From positions 71,300,001 to 71,364,000 of the forward strand of contig JBITNC010000001.1 in the NCBI GenBank assembly GCA_050084985.1: a DNA stretch of 64,000 bases. Reading direction: 5' to 3'. The notes below the pieces were generated by a model. The model did not search any database. It saw only the letters and a program-made list of their open reading frames with translations, and was not told the DNA's origin. The stretch is from Nageia nagi (lineage: Eukaryota; Plantae; Pinophyta). How positions within the stretch are numbered: position 1 is the first letter of the stretch; every line of letters begins with the position of its first letter. Positions 63,201-64,000 of this stretch are shown here, piece after piece. A program made the position numbers and the translations under genes.

Positions 63201-64000
63201 ATGACAAGACTTGGTAAGAGTAGTCTATGGAATGCTTGCATGGTGAAAGAGGGATTTTAGACCTTGATTTCTATTTTTAGTTCAACCTTAGTACATCAAT
63301 AAAAAGGTGCAAGAAATGAGGTATATAGAGAGATTTTAGATGAGATAATTACTTTGGAAGAGTTATGAATTATTATCATTATTGTGAGGTGATGCTTGAT
63401 ATTTCCATACATGAGTTGGTAGATTTTATATATGCCTACTTATAAGATATAAAAGATAACAATAAGGTGGTGATACTTGATGCTTTGTTACATGAGAGAT
63501 TTTTCAATAAGGATATCATAGGGATGGTTGATGTTGAAGAAGATAATAAAAAATATTATTGTATGGGGTTGAATTCAATTAGGGAATTTGCAAGAAAGGT
63601 GGTTCCCATTTTGGAAAAGAAACTTTTTGTAGTTTGGGCAGTCATGGAGGCATCACAATAGGTATGAAATAATTTTTTTTTTGTATGCTTTCCTACAATA
63701 ATTCATTACTATGGCATTACTTTTATACTCATAGGGATGATAAGGGAAAATAATTTTGGGTAACTACTGCAAATAAGATGTTAAGAGTGGATGTGTAGTT
63801 CCTTTGGAAATTGGAAGAAATATGTGATGTTTTGGAATATGTTGCTAAAGGTTCGAGTTGAACATGTTGTAGTGGATATATGTTGAGGTGTTGATTTAAA
63901 GACTCATGATCCAAGGCATGAAATGAATTAGTATTTTTATATTTATATTAGTTTTGGATAGTCCAAAAGGCCAAGTTTGTCAAAGAAAAGAAAGTGTGAC
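60235..64000 (+). mobile_element. LTR retrotransposon 5' portion (1021-bp LTR, iMet PBS, internal region running out of the window)
   Basis: LTR 60235-61255 has perfect 16-bp terminal inverted repeats tgtaatgtccccaatt/aattggggacattaca. PBS tggtatcaaagt at 61257-61268. Confidence 0.9.
61384..62045 (+). pseudogene. PDS5: Intronless PDS5 (sister chromatid cohesion protein) N-terminal HEAT-domain homolog carried inside the LTR element
   Basis: MAPLKEVELVERLTSIRGKL...PKDALL...EECLYIMDLSP...EVRVMVTYCLSEILR...SPYDDNTLRIIIRILVDSFKSL...FSMRVSILASFAK....IMLDLYMDELIYKMFHHF...FLSMLL...AHDLVNNVVKKYEQKL parallels plant PDS5 (DVKLLVASCxSEITRITAPEAPYxD...RRVxILETVAKxRSCVVMLDLECD). Frameshifts and stops are present. 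Confidence 0.85.

Overview
AT-rich plant nuclear DNA, very probably from a conifer: it carries a Penelope-like (Dryad-type) retroelement fragment, Tat-type Ty3/gypsy elements and heavy CG/CHG deamination. I can support only one intact host gene, a single-exon FLA4/SOS5-like fasciclin-like arabinogalactan protein (55111-56487, minus strand). The flanks (1-38.5 kb and 58-64 kb) are nested, decayed transposons. They include gypsy and copia pieces, a Tat-type element with an extra RNase H and an antisense plant-mobile-domain ORF, a Pack-CACTA carrying a PPR fragment, and a very young 1.7-kb mini-LTR element with identical 127-bp LTRs. At the right end is an LTR element whose first ORF after the PBS is an intronless PDS5 (cohesin regulator) N-terminal domain rather than gag. 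The 16 kb downstream of FLA4 looks less deaminated. It holds copia, LINE, hAT and Penelope insertions, and its non-TE backbone appears to be a near-continuous series of long imperfect fold-backs, the best being a MIRNA-like hairpin at 52.7-53.06 kb. All alignments and pairings were done by eye, and boundaries of old elements are approximate.
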